From Octopus sinensis (Eukaryota): DNA of 64,000 bases. The stretch spans positions 124,744,001 through 124,808,000 of the forward strand of contig NC_043001.1 of NCBI RefSeq assembly GCF_006345805.1. The letters are read 5' to 3'. The notes under the pieces are model-generated. The model ran no database searches. It was not told where the DNA came from and saw nothing but the letters and a program-made list of their open reading frames with translations. The stretch's first letter is position 1. Every line of letters begins with the position of its first letter. Shown here in pieces: positions 48,355-61,420 of this stretch. A program made the position numbers and the translations under genes.

Positions 48355-48798
48355 ATCAACGAAAGGCTGTGCATTATAAGCAAGGAGCCAGATTTCTTCC
48401 AAACCGTCCAGGACGCTAACTTTTCATACTAATTGTTAGCGAGCTGATCTGTTTCAAGGCTGGCGTTAACATAGAGAAAATAGAAGAAAGGTAAAAAGAA
48501 AAAATGGAAATAAGAATGGATATAGAGAGAGAAGTTAATTGAAAATGAATGTGAATTCAGATTTTTCCCGCTATCGGAATGGAGACTTTTACATGCATGC
48601 ATGTGTATATCCATGTGTATATGTATATATATATATATATATCATATTATATTATATCAACGTTTGTTTTTATGTTATAATAACAATTTTACATTAGACT
48701 GAAGGATTTCTCAATACATTTGTTACATTACAAATTTATTATACTCTAACAAGAATAGTATCAACACTGTTTCGGCCATCTACGCTAGCATCAGATTG

Positions 48799-48830
<32 letters not shown>

Positions 48831-48902
48831 CATACATACATACATATACATACATATACATATATATATACATACATATATATATATACTTACATACGTA
48901 TA

Positions 48903-49657
48903 CATATACTGTTTTGTGTGGGGAGAGTCATTCCCTTTTAGTGCCTTATAATTTAACACACTCACCGGTCAAATTTCCACTTATTTCCTTTATTTTTCTA
49001 AAAGTTTCGTTGCGTCTTGCAAAATTTCAGTAGTTTTGACTCTGTCCGTTGATCTGTTTACTTTCATATCCATATGCTTATATACATGTGCATATATATA
49101 TATATATATATACATACACTCACACATACATACATATATCTACATAACAGCCCACCAACTATTCTATTTTACCTGTGTAAAGTGGGTATGGGGGTATGAT
49201 ATCTACTATGTATATTTCCCATTTAGTATTGGGGAAGTTTCTTTTATGGGGACGTACTCCTGTGTTTGTGAGTGTTGGGTCCTTTGGGTGCTTGGATAAA
49301 ATGCGGATGTGAAGTTGACCCAGGTTGCCTCCATGTTCATCCATGGCATGTTGGTAGAGTATAAAGGAACGCTTTTTGTCGTCATATTGTCTCAAATGTT
49401 CATTTAGTCGTTCCGCAATGCTCCTAGATGTCTCCCCTATGTATGTCATGTTCATGTCTTTACAAGCACCTTCTATGTATCTTATGCTGTGAACTATATT
49501 TTTAGTTCTAGTGCGTCCACATAAATGAAATTTCCTCAATGGTAAATAGGAAATATGCATAGTAGATATCGTACCCCCATTCCCAGTTTACACAGGTAGA
49601 GTAGAATAGTTAGTGGGCTGTTGTGTAGACAGATGGATGCAGTGTGTATGTGTGTGA

Positions 49658-49705
<48 letters not shown>

Positions 49706-50056
49706 GCACGTGTATGTAGGCATATGGGTATGAAGTAAACAGATCAACATACAGACGGATAGATACATAGGTTATATGAACAGACAAGCACACATACACA
49801 AATGAAGACTGAAACACACGACCATATATATACACACACAAACACACACACACTCAGACATGCACACACAAGGAGACACACACACATATACAAAGACACA
49901 CACACACATACAGAGTCAAAACTATTGAAAAGGTTGCAAGAGGCAAGGAAAATTTTAGAAAAATAAAGAAGGAAATAAGTGGATATTTTACTGGTGAGTA
50001 TGTTAAATTATAAGGCACTGAAAGAGAATGACTCTCCCCAGACACAACAGTATATG
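48903..50056 (-). mobile_element. 5'-truncated Penelope-like element with inverted pseudo-LTR
   Basis: GIY-YIG KNIVHSIRY...TYIGETSRSIAERLNEH...HPKDPTL at 49510-49260 (minus). Arms 48903-49257 and 49511-50056 are inverted copies of the ORF end plus 3' UTR. Confidence 0.82.
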
Positions 50057-50103
50057 CTTCAACACACGAACTCACGTAAAGAATCTTAGAAACCAAATCC
50101 AAG

Positions 50104-50141
<38 letters not shown>

Positions 50142-50184
50142 ATACATATATATACATGTATATATACATATACATATCCATACG

Positions 50185-50218
<34 letters not shown>

Positions 50219-50744
50219 ATATATATTATATATATATATACATGCACACTCACACACACATATATATATACTTTTGTTACAATATACATGTACATATAAA
50301 ATGACATACAGATGCAGATATTTAGATGGGTACTCGTATACATATTCATTTTACATGCGCGTGTATACAAACACATACACATACATATGCACTACACAAA
50401 GAAGATTGACTCAGGAAACAGACGATCTACTTTTTTAAGTGGGTTTCGTTGTGGGTCCCATATCACCAAGCTATCCCATTTTCTTTTTACAGGAAATATA
50501 AAATCAATCCGAAATATTTCGGATCCTTGATATTTTGGATAAAGAGTTGTCATCTGTTATTATACATTTCTTATTATACACCCAAATATCTATCTATAAT
50601 CGCGGGAAAGACTTTAAACATAGTAGGGTCCTGGCACGGGAGTTCCGGGATTTTGAAGAGTGTGGAGCCACCTCCTGGCATACTATCGTTCTGAGCTCTA
50701 CCCTAACACAAAGTAGTAGCACCTGTCAGGGACCCAGTTATGGA

Positions 50745-50836
50745 TCAATTAGAATATACTGTGTGACACTACAAGAATTGAATCTCTATTCCCTAGAGAG
50801 AAGGCGTGAAAGATATGCAGTGATGTACATACGGAA
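50745..50836 (+). mobile_element. CR1/L2-type LINE 3' fragment running into the gap
   Basis: TLQELNLYSLERRRERYAVMYI matches the L..L.LYSLERRR motif. Confidence 0.55.
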
Positions 50837-50936
50837 NNNNNNNNNNNNNNNNNNNNNNNNNNNNNNNNNNNNNNNNNNNNNNNNNNNNNNNNNNNNNNNN
50901 NNNNNNNNNNNNNNNNNNNNNNNNNNNNNNNNNNNN
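50837..50936. other. Assembly gap (100 N)
   Basis: Directly visible. The true length is unknown. Confidence 1.
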
Positions 50937-50984
50937 TTGAGCGCAGATTATGACCTCTCGATAGACCGACGAATCCTTCTATAG

Positions 50985-51020
<36 letters not shown>

Positions 51021-51078
51021 GGATGGATGGATGGATGGATGGATATGCACACATATTTATATACTTATGTTTGCATGT

Positions 51079-51490
51079 TTACTCTTTTACTTGTTTCAGT
51101 CATTTGACTGCGACCATGCTGGAGCACCGCCTTTAGTCGGGCAAATCGACCCCAGGACTTATTCTTTGCAAGCCTAGAACTTATTCTATTGGTCTCTTTT
51201 TGCCGAACCGCTAAGTTACGGGGACGTAAACACACGACCATCGGTTGTCAAATGATGGTGGTGGGGGGACAAACACAGACACACAAACATATACACACAC
51301 ATACATATATATATATATACATATATACGAAGGGCTTCTTTCAGTTTCCGTCTACCAAATCTACTCACAAGGCTTTGGTTGGCCCGAGGCTATAGTAGAA
51401 GACACTTGCCCAAGGTGCCACGCAGTGGGACTGAACCCGGAACCATGTGGTTAGTAAGCTAGCTTCTTACCACACAACCACTCCTGCGCC
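51079..51490 (-). mobile_element. SINE family A, young copy
   Basis: Full head, core and tail matching 5516-5959. Confidence 0.9.
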
Positions 51491-51935
51491 TATGTTTGTA
51501 TAAGTATATATACTTATATGTGTGTGTATGTGTATGTGTATGTGTATATACATAGTATGTATGTATGTTTATATATATACACACACACACATACACACAT
51601 ACACTCATGTTCAATGAAAGGAAATGTTGATTATGATGAATCAGTTAAAGTAATGAATCAGACAAAAATATAATCGCTCTTGTCACACAAAATCTAAAAT
51701 GATGAATTACATACAAATCTTTAGAGAAATCGGGTAGAATTAACAGGGAGTTATAACTTGTTTTGTTTATTGTTTTCATCGTTATAGCTGTTGTAGTCGT
51801 CGTCGTCGTCGTCGTCGTCTTCGTCATTGCTGTTTAGTCCCATGCCAGCCATGATGGAGTAAGCCGATGATTGAAGATATTGCAGTCGTGACTATCCAAT
51901 CTTCATATGTGTATCTGTGACTACGTTGTCCAAAG

Positions 51936-52081
51936 CAGTCATGGGAAAACTGCGGCCCGCGTGACCTTGTAAATGATAACTCTAACGAGAAATTATCTTG
52001 AATTTTTTTTTAGTCGTGCGGCCCGGCAAATGACGTGGCATATCTGGCAGGCGACTTCTCGAAAAACGTTGCCCATGGCTG
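51936..52081. mobile_element. hAT-type MITE
   Basis: TIRs CAGTCATGGGAAAAC / GTTGCCCATGGCTG with sub-terminal GCGGCCCG motifs. The 8-bp TSD is degraded. Confidence 0.6.
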
Positions 52082-52242
52082 ATCTGATGTAAAGTGTCGT
52101 TTCCTTATTTATAACAGTAAAGCATGTTTTGAAAATATTTGGCTCCTATTATTTCTAAGAGGAACGACGATGTAAACGCTGCCCCTGGTGGTTCAGCAAC
52201 GGTTATTATTGGCTGGCTTAGTATGCTGAATATAATAACTTA

Positions 52243-52472
52243 TTTTTAACTACCCACAAGGGGCTAAACGCAGAGAGGACAAACAAGGACAGACAAAGGG
52301 ATTAAGTTGATTACATCGACCCCAGTGCGTAACTGGTACTTAATTTAGCGACCCCGAAATGATGAAAGGCAAAGTCCACCTCGGCGTAATTTGAACTCAC
52401 AACGTAACGGCAGACGAAATACGGCTATGCATTTCGCCTGGCGTGCTAACGTTTCTGCCAGCTCGCCGCCTT
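52243..52472 (-). mobile_element. SINE family B monomer
   Basis: Reverse complement of the 3800-4030 unit. Confidence 0.88.
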
Positions 52473-52907
52473 AATAACGAAGGAATATTTACACAGTTGC
52501 TCGACCAACAAAAACCAGCAGTTAAATCTGTCTGTCTCTCTCTCCCCCTCTCTTTCTCTCTCTCTCTCTCTTTTCCTCTTTCTATCCCTGTCCCTCTCTC
52601 TTTCTCCCCCTCTTTCTCCCCCTTTTTTTGTTTTTGTTTTCTTCCTCTTCTTAAACTACAACTTGTCACATTAAAAATTGTTGGATATGCTAAAACATTT
52701 TGTCCTCGATAAACCATGTCTGAGAGAAAAGCGGTCTAATCCATGACTGGGGCGTTTTTATGCAAAATCTTTTTGTTCAGGGCTAACCTAAGTTAAACAA
52801 CAAAAAACAGCAAGAACAAGAACTTCATTTGAATCATCACCAATAGTCCGCTTTTCTATTATGAAACAATATTAACTACTATTAGTATTATTAATATTTG
52901 CTAGTAA

Positions 52908-53316
52908 AGCGGAGAGGTGGCAGATTTTTAGCGCGTCAGACAAGCAATACTTAGCGGCATTTCGTTCGTCTTTATGTTCTGAGTTCGAACATCGCAGAAA
53001 TCAATTTTGCCTTTCATCCTTTCGGAAGTCGATAAATTATGTATCAGTCAAACTCTGGGGCCGATGCAATCGACTTGCCCCCTCCCACAAAATTTCAGGC
53101 TTTATGCCTAGCACGCCGGGCGAAATGCTTAGCGGTATTTCGTCTGCCGTTACGTTCCGAGTTCAAATTCCGCTTGGGTCGACTTTGCCTTTCAACCTTC
53201 CGGGGTCGATAAATAAAGTACCAGTTTCTCACTGGAGTCGATGTAAACGACTTAATCCATTTCTCTGTCCTTGTTTGTCCCCTCTATGTTTAGCCCCTTG
53301 TGGGCAGTAAAGAAAT
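52908..53316 (+). mobile_element. SINE family B, two tandem units
   Basis: Older unit at 52908-53110 fused to a younger unit that starts in the head (CACGCCGGGCGAAATG). Confidence 0.8.
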
Positions 53317-53330
53317 ATATAATAGAAAGA

Positions 53331-53765
53331 GTTATTATTCTACTTCTCAGAGCTCTCGGTCTTACACTGGTCGATTCTGTGAGAGAAGACAGCAGCCTAT
53401 TGTCAGAAGTCTCACAGGGGTCTCATTCCACAAACTATAAGCTTTGGTACTTGGATGTTAACTTATCGTGGAAGCACCAAAGCACCAATCTTAAAATCCT
53501 AGCTGTCCCCAATAGAGCAGTTTTGGGGCCTTCTCTGCCCTCATGTCAACTCCAATTTCTCTGATATATTTCTCGAACCTGGTTGTTAGTGCTCCGAGTG
53601 CCCCTACAACTACTGGGATAACAGTTATTCTCCACATTGCCCACATTCTTGCGATTTCATTTTTTTTTTAGTTGTCTGTATTTCCCCATCTTTTCCAGCT
53701 CTTTATCATCTATGCGTGAATCCAATATCTATGATCTTGGTTTCCTTTTTCCTTTTATCTATTAC
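53331..53765 (-). mobile_element. RLE LINE 3' fragment (R4/Dong-type)
   Basis: Minus translation VIDKRKKETKIIDI...KELEKMGKYRQL..EIARMW...VIPVVVGALG...TALLGTARIL. (TAA)n at the 5' junction and an AATAATAAC tail. Confidence 0.8.
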
Positions 53766-54722
53766 ATTATTATTATTATTATTATTATTACTATTATTAT
53801 TATCATTATAGCAATAACAGTAATGGCAGTCTCCCATTACATGATAAATGCAAACATACATCATTCGGTACAGCGTCGTTTGAGGATGATATAGCTGCCA
53901 TTTCAATCAGGTTTGCCACAAATATGCAATGAGTGTCTTCATCTTGTAATAAAAGGTATTCTAGTCGTGCTCATCCATTCTTTTTAGCGGGTACAGAGCA
54001 CCAATGCCGAGAACCACGTCAGTGGAGTGATGCAATAAGTACCATCCTTGACCGTAACGAATAACTGAATTTGTGAAAAAAATAAAATGATTGACAAAAT
54101 AGTTATGTCCAACGTTGAAAACCCAATTCAGAAAAGTTTTCGAAAGAAAACGTGCGAAAACGAAAAACTTTCTGTTGCTTCGATACTCTGAAAATGAGAA
54201 AGGAAATTTGATTGAAAAAATAAATGAATTTCCGGAGACAAAAATCTTTCCCTTCTGAAACACAATTCTCTACATTTAAAACATAGTTCTGCAAAAAAAA
54301 TGTAAAAGAAGTCCAAATTGTAAAAGCTACGACTGGTGGCGTACTGCAAGACAGACAAGGATGGTATCTAGTAACAAAAATAGCAAAAATTGGAAACTAA
54401 ACAAAAAAGCCTGTTTTTTTTTTTTTTCGTCTTTGTAGAATTGTAATCTCCGAAGTTTAAAACATACAAATACAAAGAAATTTTCTTTAAAAACTTCTGA
54501 GTAATGAGATATAAATACTCAACTCTACCCCTGTATCATCTAATTTCGCTGTTCTTTCTTCCTGTTGTCTTTCATAACACACGGTTCTTTCTTCCTTGTT
54601 GGAAATTTTATGACAACACTACGAACTTTAAATACGTGATCAATTTTATACACTCTCTCTTTTTATCTCTATCTCTATCTCTCACTTTCATTCCTCTCTC
54701 TCTCTCTCTCTCTTTCTCTTCT

Positions 54723-54775
<53 letters not shown>

Positions 54776-54834
54776 GTTTGTATGTATGTATGTATGTTTG
54801 TATGTATTCGTCGCTACACTGCTAACTGTGCAAA

Positions 54835-55040
54835 TACCTATTTCTTTACTACCCACAAGGGGCTAAACGCAGTGAGGACAAACAAAGACAGACAAACGGA
54901 TTAAGTCGATTATATTGACCCCAATGCGTAACTGGTACTTATTTAATCGACCCCGAAAGGATGAAAGGCAAAGCCGACCTCGGCGGAATTTGAACTCAGA
55001 ACGTAACGGCAGACGAAATACGGCTAAGCATTTCGCCCTG
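54835..55040 (-). mobile_element. SINE family B, young copy
   Basis: Reverse complement of family B. The 3' end reads AAAGAAATAGGTATTT. Confidence 0.88.
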
Positions 55041-55328
55041 TCGTATGTATATCTTTATCTCATATCTCCTTAAGATTTTCTCGTATATGACCACTATACC
55101 TTCCCGTCTCTCCATGTATGTATGTATCTATATCTCTCTCATTATCTATATGGCCACTTTCCCTCTTAAAATGAAAGAAAGAGAGAGAAAGAGATAAAGA
55201 GAGAACAGGAAAGTTAAATAGAGAGATATATCTTAAGTGCAGATAAATCGAAAATTCAGAGAAATGTACGTGAAAGACTGAAAAAGAGAAAGTGAGAAAG
55301 AAGGAAGTTACATATTCATACATATTCA

Positions 55329-55329
55329 T

Positions 55330-55375
<46 letters not shown>

Positions 55376-55548
55376 GACGAAAGAAAAAAAGAAGGAAAGG
55401 AAGAAAAAAGAAGGAAAGAAAGAGAAAGGACGAAAGAAAGAAAGAAAGAAAGAAGAAAGAAAGAAAGAAGGAAGGACGAAAGAGAGAGAAAGAAGAAAGG
55501 ACGAAAGAAAGAAAGAAAGAAAGGAAGAAGGAAAGAAGAAGAAAGGAA

Positions 55549-55586
<38 letters not shown>

Positions 55587-55662
55587 GAGAAGAAGAAAGA
55601 AAGAGAAAGAAGAAAGAGGCAAGAAAGAAAGAGACGAAAGAAAGAAGACGAAAAAAGAAGAA

Positions 55663-55707
<45 letters not shown>

Positions 55708-55733
55708 AAAAAAGAAGGAAAGAAAGAAAGAAA
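55329..55733. repeat. (GAAA)n-derived polypurine tract
   Basis: About 400 nt, almost entirely A/G on the + strand. Confidence 0.95.
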
Positions 55734-56794
55734 CTTTAAAGAAATTTCAAAGTATAGGAAGAAGAAAAAATAGTTTGACGCCACGCAAGGTTTTATGTGT
55801 CTTGTGACAACGTTTTTTCAGAAGACTTTGTTTAGTTTTTAACCACCCACTAACATGTCTTTTCAACTTTCTGCGCTTCTTTTTTGCTCACTCCCACTCT
55901 TTTTCAATTTTCTCCCACTACTACTTCTTTTCCACTTTCTTGACATACAGTTAGGTGTGGTTTGAGGAAGATTTGTCAATTATCTCTCAAAATAAATGTT
56001 ACACAATATCGCCTGTATTATGGCGAATAATTCAGTCTACAATAGATGAAGGGCCTGATATTTTGTGAAAGGGGAGCTAGTCGATAGCGTCGTTCCTTGT
56101 GCTCAACTAGTACTTATTTTATCGATCTCAAAATGAAGAAAGGCAAGGGCGACATCGGTGGAATTTGAACTCAGAACATAACGCTAGGAGAAATGCCGCG
56201 AAGCATTTTGTCCGTGTGCTAACGATTCTGCCAGCTCACATGAATAATGATACATAGTTTTTCCGGAGTTCGTTTTGTAGTTTCTGAATAAAATGTGGTC
56301 GTGTCTTTGACATTGGCAATATTTCTATAAGCATACACACGCACGCACACAGAGGCACATGCTCGTACACACACATACACATACACACATCATACACTCA
56401 CATATACATACATACACATATATATACATACATACATACATGTACACACACACATCATACATTCACATATACATACATGCACATATATATACATACATAC
56501 ATACATGCACACACACACATCATACATTCACATATACATACATACATATATATACATACATACATACACACACATCATGCACTCACATATACATACATAC
56601 ACATACATATACATACATACATACATACATACACGCCTGTATGCCATTGCAGCCGATTTTCTGGTAGCCATATTGAACTCAATGTATCTCTCCATTCGGC
56701 TTTCCAAAGCCTGAAGGAGTCGGGCTCCCGTTAGGCTCCTGCAAAACACAGAGTAGCACGGAACCGAATCAAACTGTTCTAAATAATGTATAGA

Positions 56795-56815
56795 TAAATA
56801 GACAGGCAGACAGAC

Positions 56816-56890
<75 letters not shown>

Positions 56891-56903
56891 CAGGCAGACA
56901 GAC

Positions 56904-56994
<91 letters not shown>
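56795..56994. repeat. (GATA)n/(GACA)n microsatellite
   Basis: Directly visible. Confidence 0.95.
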
Positions 56995-56995
<1 letters not shown>

Positions 56996-57749
56996 GTGTG
57001 AGTGTGCGCGTAACGACTGGTTTTGGTGTGTTTGCGTTCTCGTAACTTAGCGATTCGGCAAAAAGAGAACGATAGAATACTACCAGGCTTAAAAAAATAA
57101 GTACTGGGGTCTATTCATTCGACTAAAAATTCAAGGCGGTGCCCCAGCATTGCCGCAGTCTGATGAGTGAAACAAATAAAAAAATAAGAGATATATATAT
57201 GCATATAAAAATCATTGCTATTTCACCAGAAGCGATAAATTACAGGATGCAATACGATTGTGGAATATTCTTTAATACATTATCACTGAAAGGCTCCGAT
57301 ATCCAACACTCTGAGTTATTTATCTTCGTTCATCAGCTGGTAGACGGAGCTGATAAGCTCTTTTGGGAATATTCCCTGTTTCAATAGTTTTTGAAATATA
57401 AAATCAGAGCGTGAAGAAAACGCTTATCCTTATGTTCTTCTGTTTGAAAACCTTTGTGAACGTTAAATGCGAAATCGGCTGCTTCGAGTTCACGCTTTTA
57501 ATTTTCTTTACTTGTTTACGTGGTAAATGTAAACTTCATTACAAGCGAAGTCATGAAATTGCGTTGCTATTTAAGCAATGTTCCAAAATAATACTTCAAA
57601 ATCATAATTATTAATTAATGTTTTTTTTTAAAAACAATGTGTGTACGTAGTAGGTGTTCATTATGCATGCACCTGTGCAGGTGCTTCATGTTTCTGTATT
57701 CCATTATTGTTTTTTGTTTTTTTTATATCTGTCCCTTTTGCTGTCCTGG

Positions 57750-57999
57750 TGTTCGTATGCATTCGATCCTTCTTCCAGGAAATCTACGCTTCCAGCTTAG
57801 TTTTTCTAATGCTCGTTGCTTAGTTTTTCTTGGAGGGCTGGCCGTGATCTAGTAATCTCAAGATTAATCAGCCGAAATTACTACGATGATCCGGTTCTTG
57901 ACTGAAGACTGAGGGGTTCGAATGTCCTGTCCATGTTTATTGTGTCGTCTTCTAAGAGTTATACGTTCTTGTCCATGTTGTATTTTTCTACATACCTTA

Positions 58000-58000
<1 letters not shown>
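57750..58000 (+). mobile_element. Second copy of the 9410-9645 repeat (Penelope-like pLTR 3' part)
   Basis: Shares AATCTCAAGATTAATCAGCCGAAATT, GATGATCCGGTTCTTGACTGAAGA and the TTGTATTTTT-(TA)n end. Confidence 0.6.
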
Positions 58001-58060
<60 letters not shown>

Positions 58061-58421
58061 CATATGCATATTCATACATACACACATATGTATGCACAGA
58101 GCACATAATTATATATTCATGTACACATATACATATATGCAAATATACGCACGTGCACGCGTAGACACGCACCAAAACCATATATTAATAAAACTTATTA
58201 ATAAAACTTATTAATCAAACGTTTCGAAACCGAGAATTTTTTTTCTGAACCACGACAAAATTCAAAGAGGCATGCATTTGCATATATGTTTAGTCGCGTG
58301 CATACAAGGTGTTAACAGTTCAGTTCTTTTGTTCCAACTAACACTACCTTGAGTTAAAATTCCCAGTTTTTCCGTCAGACACAGGTCACACGTTTCCTCT
58401 ATGTCTCTCTCTTTCTCTTTC

Positions 58422-58452
<31 letters not shown>

Positions 58453-58605
58453 TTCTCTCTATATATATAGAGAGAGACGATACGAAGACGGACAGGAAGA
58501 ACAACAAAAAGACGGGTAGAACAAAACAAGGACGTGCCATTCGTAGCCTTCTCTCATCAGTCAGGTTTCCAGATAATCTTTACAGTTTCAATCGGTTACA
58601 CTTAC

Positions 58606-58860
58606 ATATTTTGGGAGAAAGCAAGCGAATGTTTACAAAGACAAAAGAAGAAACAAAAAAAAACGGGGGAAAAGGGAAAATGCAACTCAATTACAAATAC
58701 AAACCGCAAGAAAATAACAACACACGTCTTTCGACTAATAGAAACGAATCACTATCTCACTACACCTACACATTCAAGGTAGTTTGCTAACGACCTTCAG
58801 TAACAACACCCTGATAAGCTTAGTGACTACTACTAAATTCAGTCTACGACAGACAGAGCG
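58606..58860 (-). other. Candidate non-coding first exon of the RASSF9/10-like gene (5' boundary unknown)
   Basis: Unique sequence ending ...CCCAAAATAT|GTAAGT (donor at 58605-58600) on the same strand as the RASSF acceptor. Possible TATAAA at 59120-59115. No transcript evidence. Confidence 0.4.
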
Positions 58861-59160
58861 GATGTTCTTGAAGCCGAGGTAACACAACAAATAGTTGTCA
58901 TAATGCAGAGAAACAGTTACATAGCCAAGTTCCTGCAAACCTGGAGGACTACGTTGCGTGGAAACAATTGTAGTGATTATAAAATGAACGCCTTCTTGTT
59001 GACTACAATTTTTTCAATTATCTGTTCACACACGATAGATGCCCACACGCAAACCTGGAAGTACGTATGTTACTACTTCTGGATAGCACAGGGTGAATCT
59101 GAAGGTGGACGAGATTTATACTGTACTCTACTACAGTCTTAACAGAATATACCATAACTA

Positions 59161-59520
59161 TAGGAGGAGAGAGAGGAGGAGGGGAAAAGAGGATGAGGGG
59201 ACGGGGAGGGGAGGACGGGGAGGGGAGAACGGAGAGGAAGAGAGGAGGACGGAGATGAGGAGGGGAGGGCGGAGAGGAGGAGGAGAGGATGGAGAGGAGG
59301 TGGAGAGGACGGAGAGGAGGAGGAGAGGACGGAGAGGAGGAGGGGGGACGGAGAGGAGGAGGAGAGGACGGAGAGGAGGAGGAGAGGACGGAGAGGAGGA
59401 GGGGAGGACGGAGAGGAGGAGGGGAGGACGGAGAGGAGGAGGGGAAGGAGAAGGAGGAGGGAGGAGAAAATGAGGAGGAGGAGGAGGAGGACAAGGAGGA
59501 GGACGACGAGGAGACTACGA
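59161..59520. repeat. GGAGAGGAC/GGAGGA-based purine-rich minisatellite
   Basis: Repeating GGAGAGGACGGAGAGGAGGAG units. Confidence 0.9.
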
Positions 59521-59980
59521 GGAAGAGGGCGAGGAGGAAGTTAACAGACAGGTTGCGCATAATGTTTGATCTTCAACCATCTTATGCAATCCATCACCCA
59601 TCTGACGTCGTCGTTAAGCCGTCATCACCATAAGGCATCCTCCGCCACAACTATCATCATCATTATCATGATCCTCATCATCATCACCACCACCACCATC
59701 AGCATCAGTATCATCGTCTTCATCATCACCAGCACACCACTACCATCGCCATTATCATCGTTACCACCACTACCACCACCACCATCATCATCATTATCAT
59801 CACCACCACGCCTGTTGGTTTAGAGCTGGCCTGGGCTTAAATACTGGCAGCAGCAGCAGCGGTCGCAGCAACAACAACAACAACAACAGCAACTGGTTAT
59901 CTTTCAGTCACGGCTGGAATTGATTTAGTAACAAGACACCAAGTTCATAGAATGTTTGTTTATTTTTCTCGGGAAGATAG

Positions 59981-60003
59981 TAATGATGATGACGACGACC
60001 ATC

Positions 60004-60037
<34 letters not shown>

Positions 60038-60200
60038 CGATGATGATGATGATGATGAAGACGATGATGAAGACGATGATGATGATGACGATGATGATGA
60101 CGACGACCATCATGATGATGATGATGATGACGACGACGACGACGATGATGATGATGATGATGATGAAGATAGTGGGGGGTCGTCGTCGTCGTCGTCGTAG
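59981..60200. repeat. (GAT)n/(GAC)n trinucleotide tract
   Basis: Directly visible. Confidence 0.95.
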
Positions 60201-60380
60201 TGGAGGTGATCTTCGTCGTCGCGGTAATGACAGTTGTGGTAGTCGTAGTTTTTGATGATGGAAGTGGTGGTGATGGTGATGGTGTTGGTGGTCATCTCGT
60301 GGTTGGAAATTGGTTGTCGTCATGTTTGTACTAGAAATCATAGTCATCACGGAGTTGTTGTTGACGATGATGATGGTGAC

Positions 60381-60412
<32 letters not shown>

Positions 60413-60721
60413 TGACGACGACGACGGGTTGATCGTGGTCGTTGGCATCCTTTGCGCCGTCGAATCATTGAGGATGGTGAGGATAATTTTGTTGTTGCTG
60501 TTGGTGGTGATTTTGATGATGGTCATGACGACGACGACGACGACGACGACGACGGCGACAACGATGTTATGTATGACGACAATAATGACTACTACGACGA
60601 TGGGGCTACTATTGTTGTTTAACGGAGTTGGGGATGTGTACGCGAAAAAATAAATCGATTAATTCCTTCCACAAGCGACATTACGGTGGATATCTTTGTC
60701 TGCTGTGCTCACATTGTTAAA

Positions 60722-60737
60722 ATTCAACAAGGTAAGT
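60722..60737 (+). promoter_or_regulatory. Consensus 5' splice donor CAAG|GTAAGT (exon end 60731), possibly from a divergent + strand transcript
   Basis: Perfect donor match in unique sequence. No ORF support. Confidence 0.3.
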
Positions 60738-61009
60738 GAGACAACAGACAACAAAACACGCAGCAAGAAAATATAAACGTGCTAAAAATCAATAAAGAAA
60801 ACATTCATAAACGAGGCAAAGATGAGTCAAATGTGAAGATTGGCATTTAAATCAGGTTTTTCAATTGTTCTGTTAACCAACAATATTATTGTTATAGCGA
60901 AAAAAGTAGTTTTAGCTTCGTCTATATATTTCCTTCGAGATATATATGGCGGTGGTAATAGCACCCTGGTCGTTTAGGGAATAGTTTAATTATATCATAA
61001 GCTCTCAAG

Positions 61010-61420
61010 GTGGTGACGAGCAGAACCGTTAGCACGCTGTTTAAAAACCGCCGCGTTCGATTTTACTTTTCATCTTTTTGGGGTCGATGAAATAAGCACT
61101 AGTTGAGCATTGGGGGTCAAAGTAACTGACTTGCCCTATCCCCTAAAATGTCAAGCTTTGGATCTATGATGGAAAAGATTATTTCATAAGCTGGAAAGGC
61201 GGTGAACTGGTAGAATCTTTAACACGCCGGATAAAATACTTAGCGGTGTGTTTCTTCCGGCTCTTCCCGTTTTCAGATCAACTGTCACCGAGGTCAGCTT
61301 TACCTTTCATCCTTTCAGGGTCGATAAAATAAGTTACCAGTTGAATCCTGGGGTCGATGTAATCGACTTCCATCTACCACTAACATTGTCGGCTTTGTGC
61401 CAAAATTAGAAACAATATTT
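61010..61420 (+). mobile_element. SINE family B, two older tandem units
   Basis: Two degenerate head/core units at 61010-61180 and 61198-61420. Confidence 0.7.

Noticed and set aside
57160-57173. CTGATGAGTGAAAC hammerhead-like string
   Set aside because: A point variant of the family-A tail (CAAATGACTGAAAC), with no stems.
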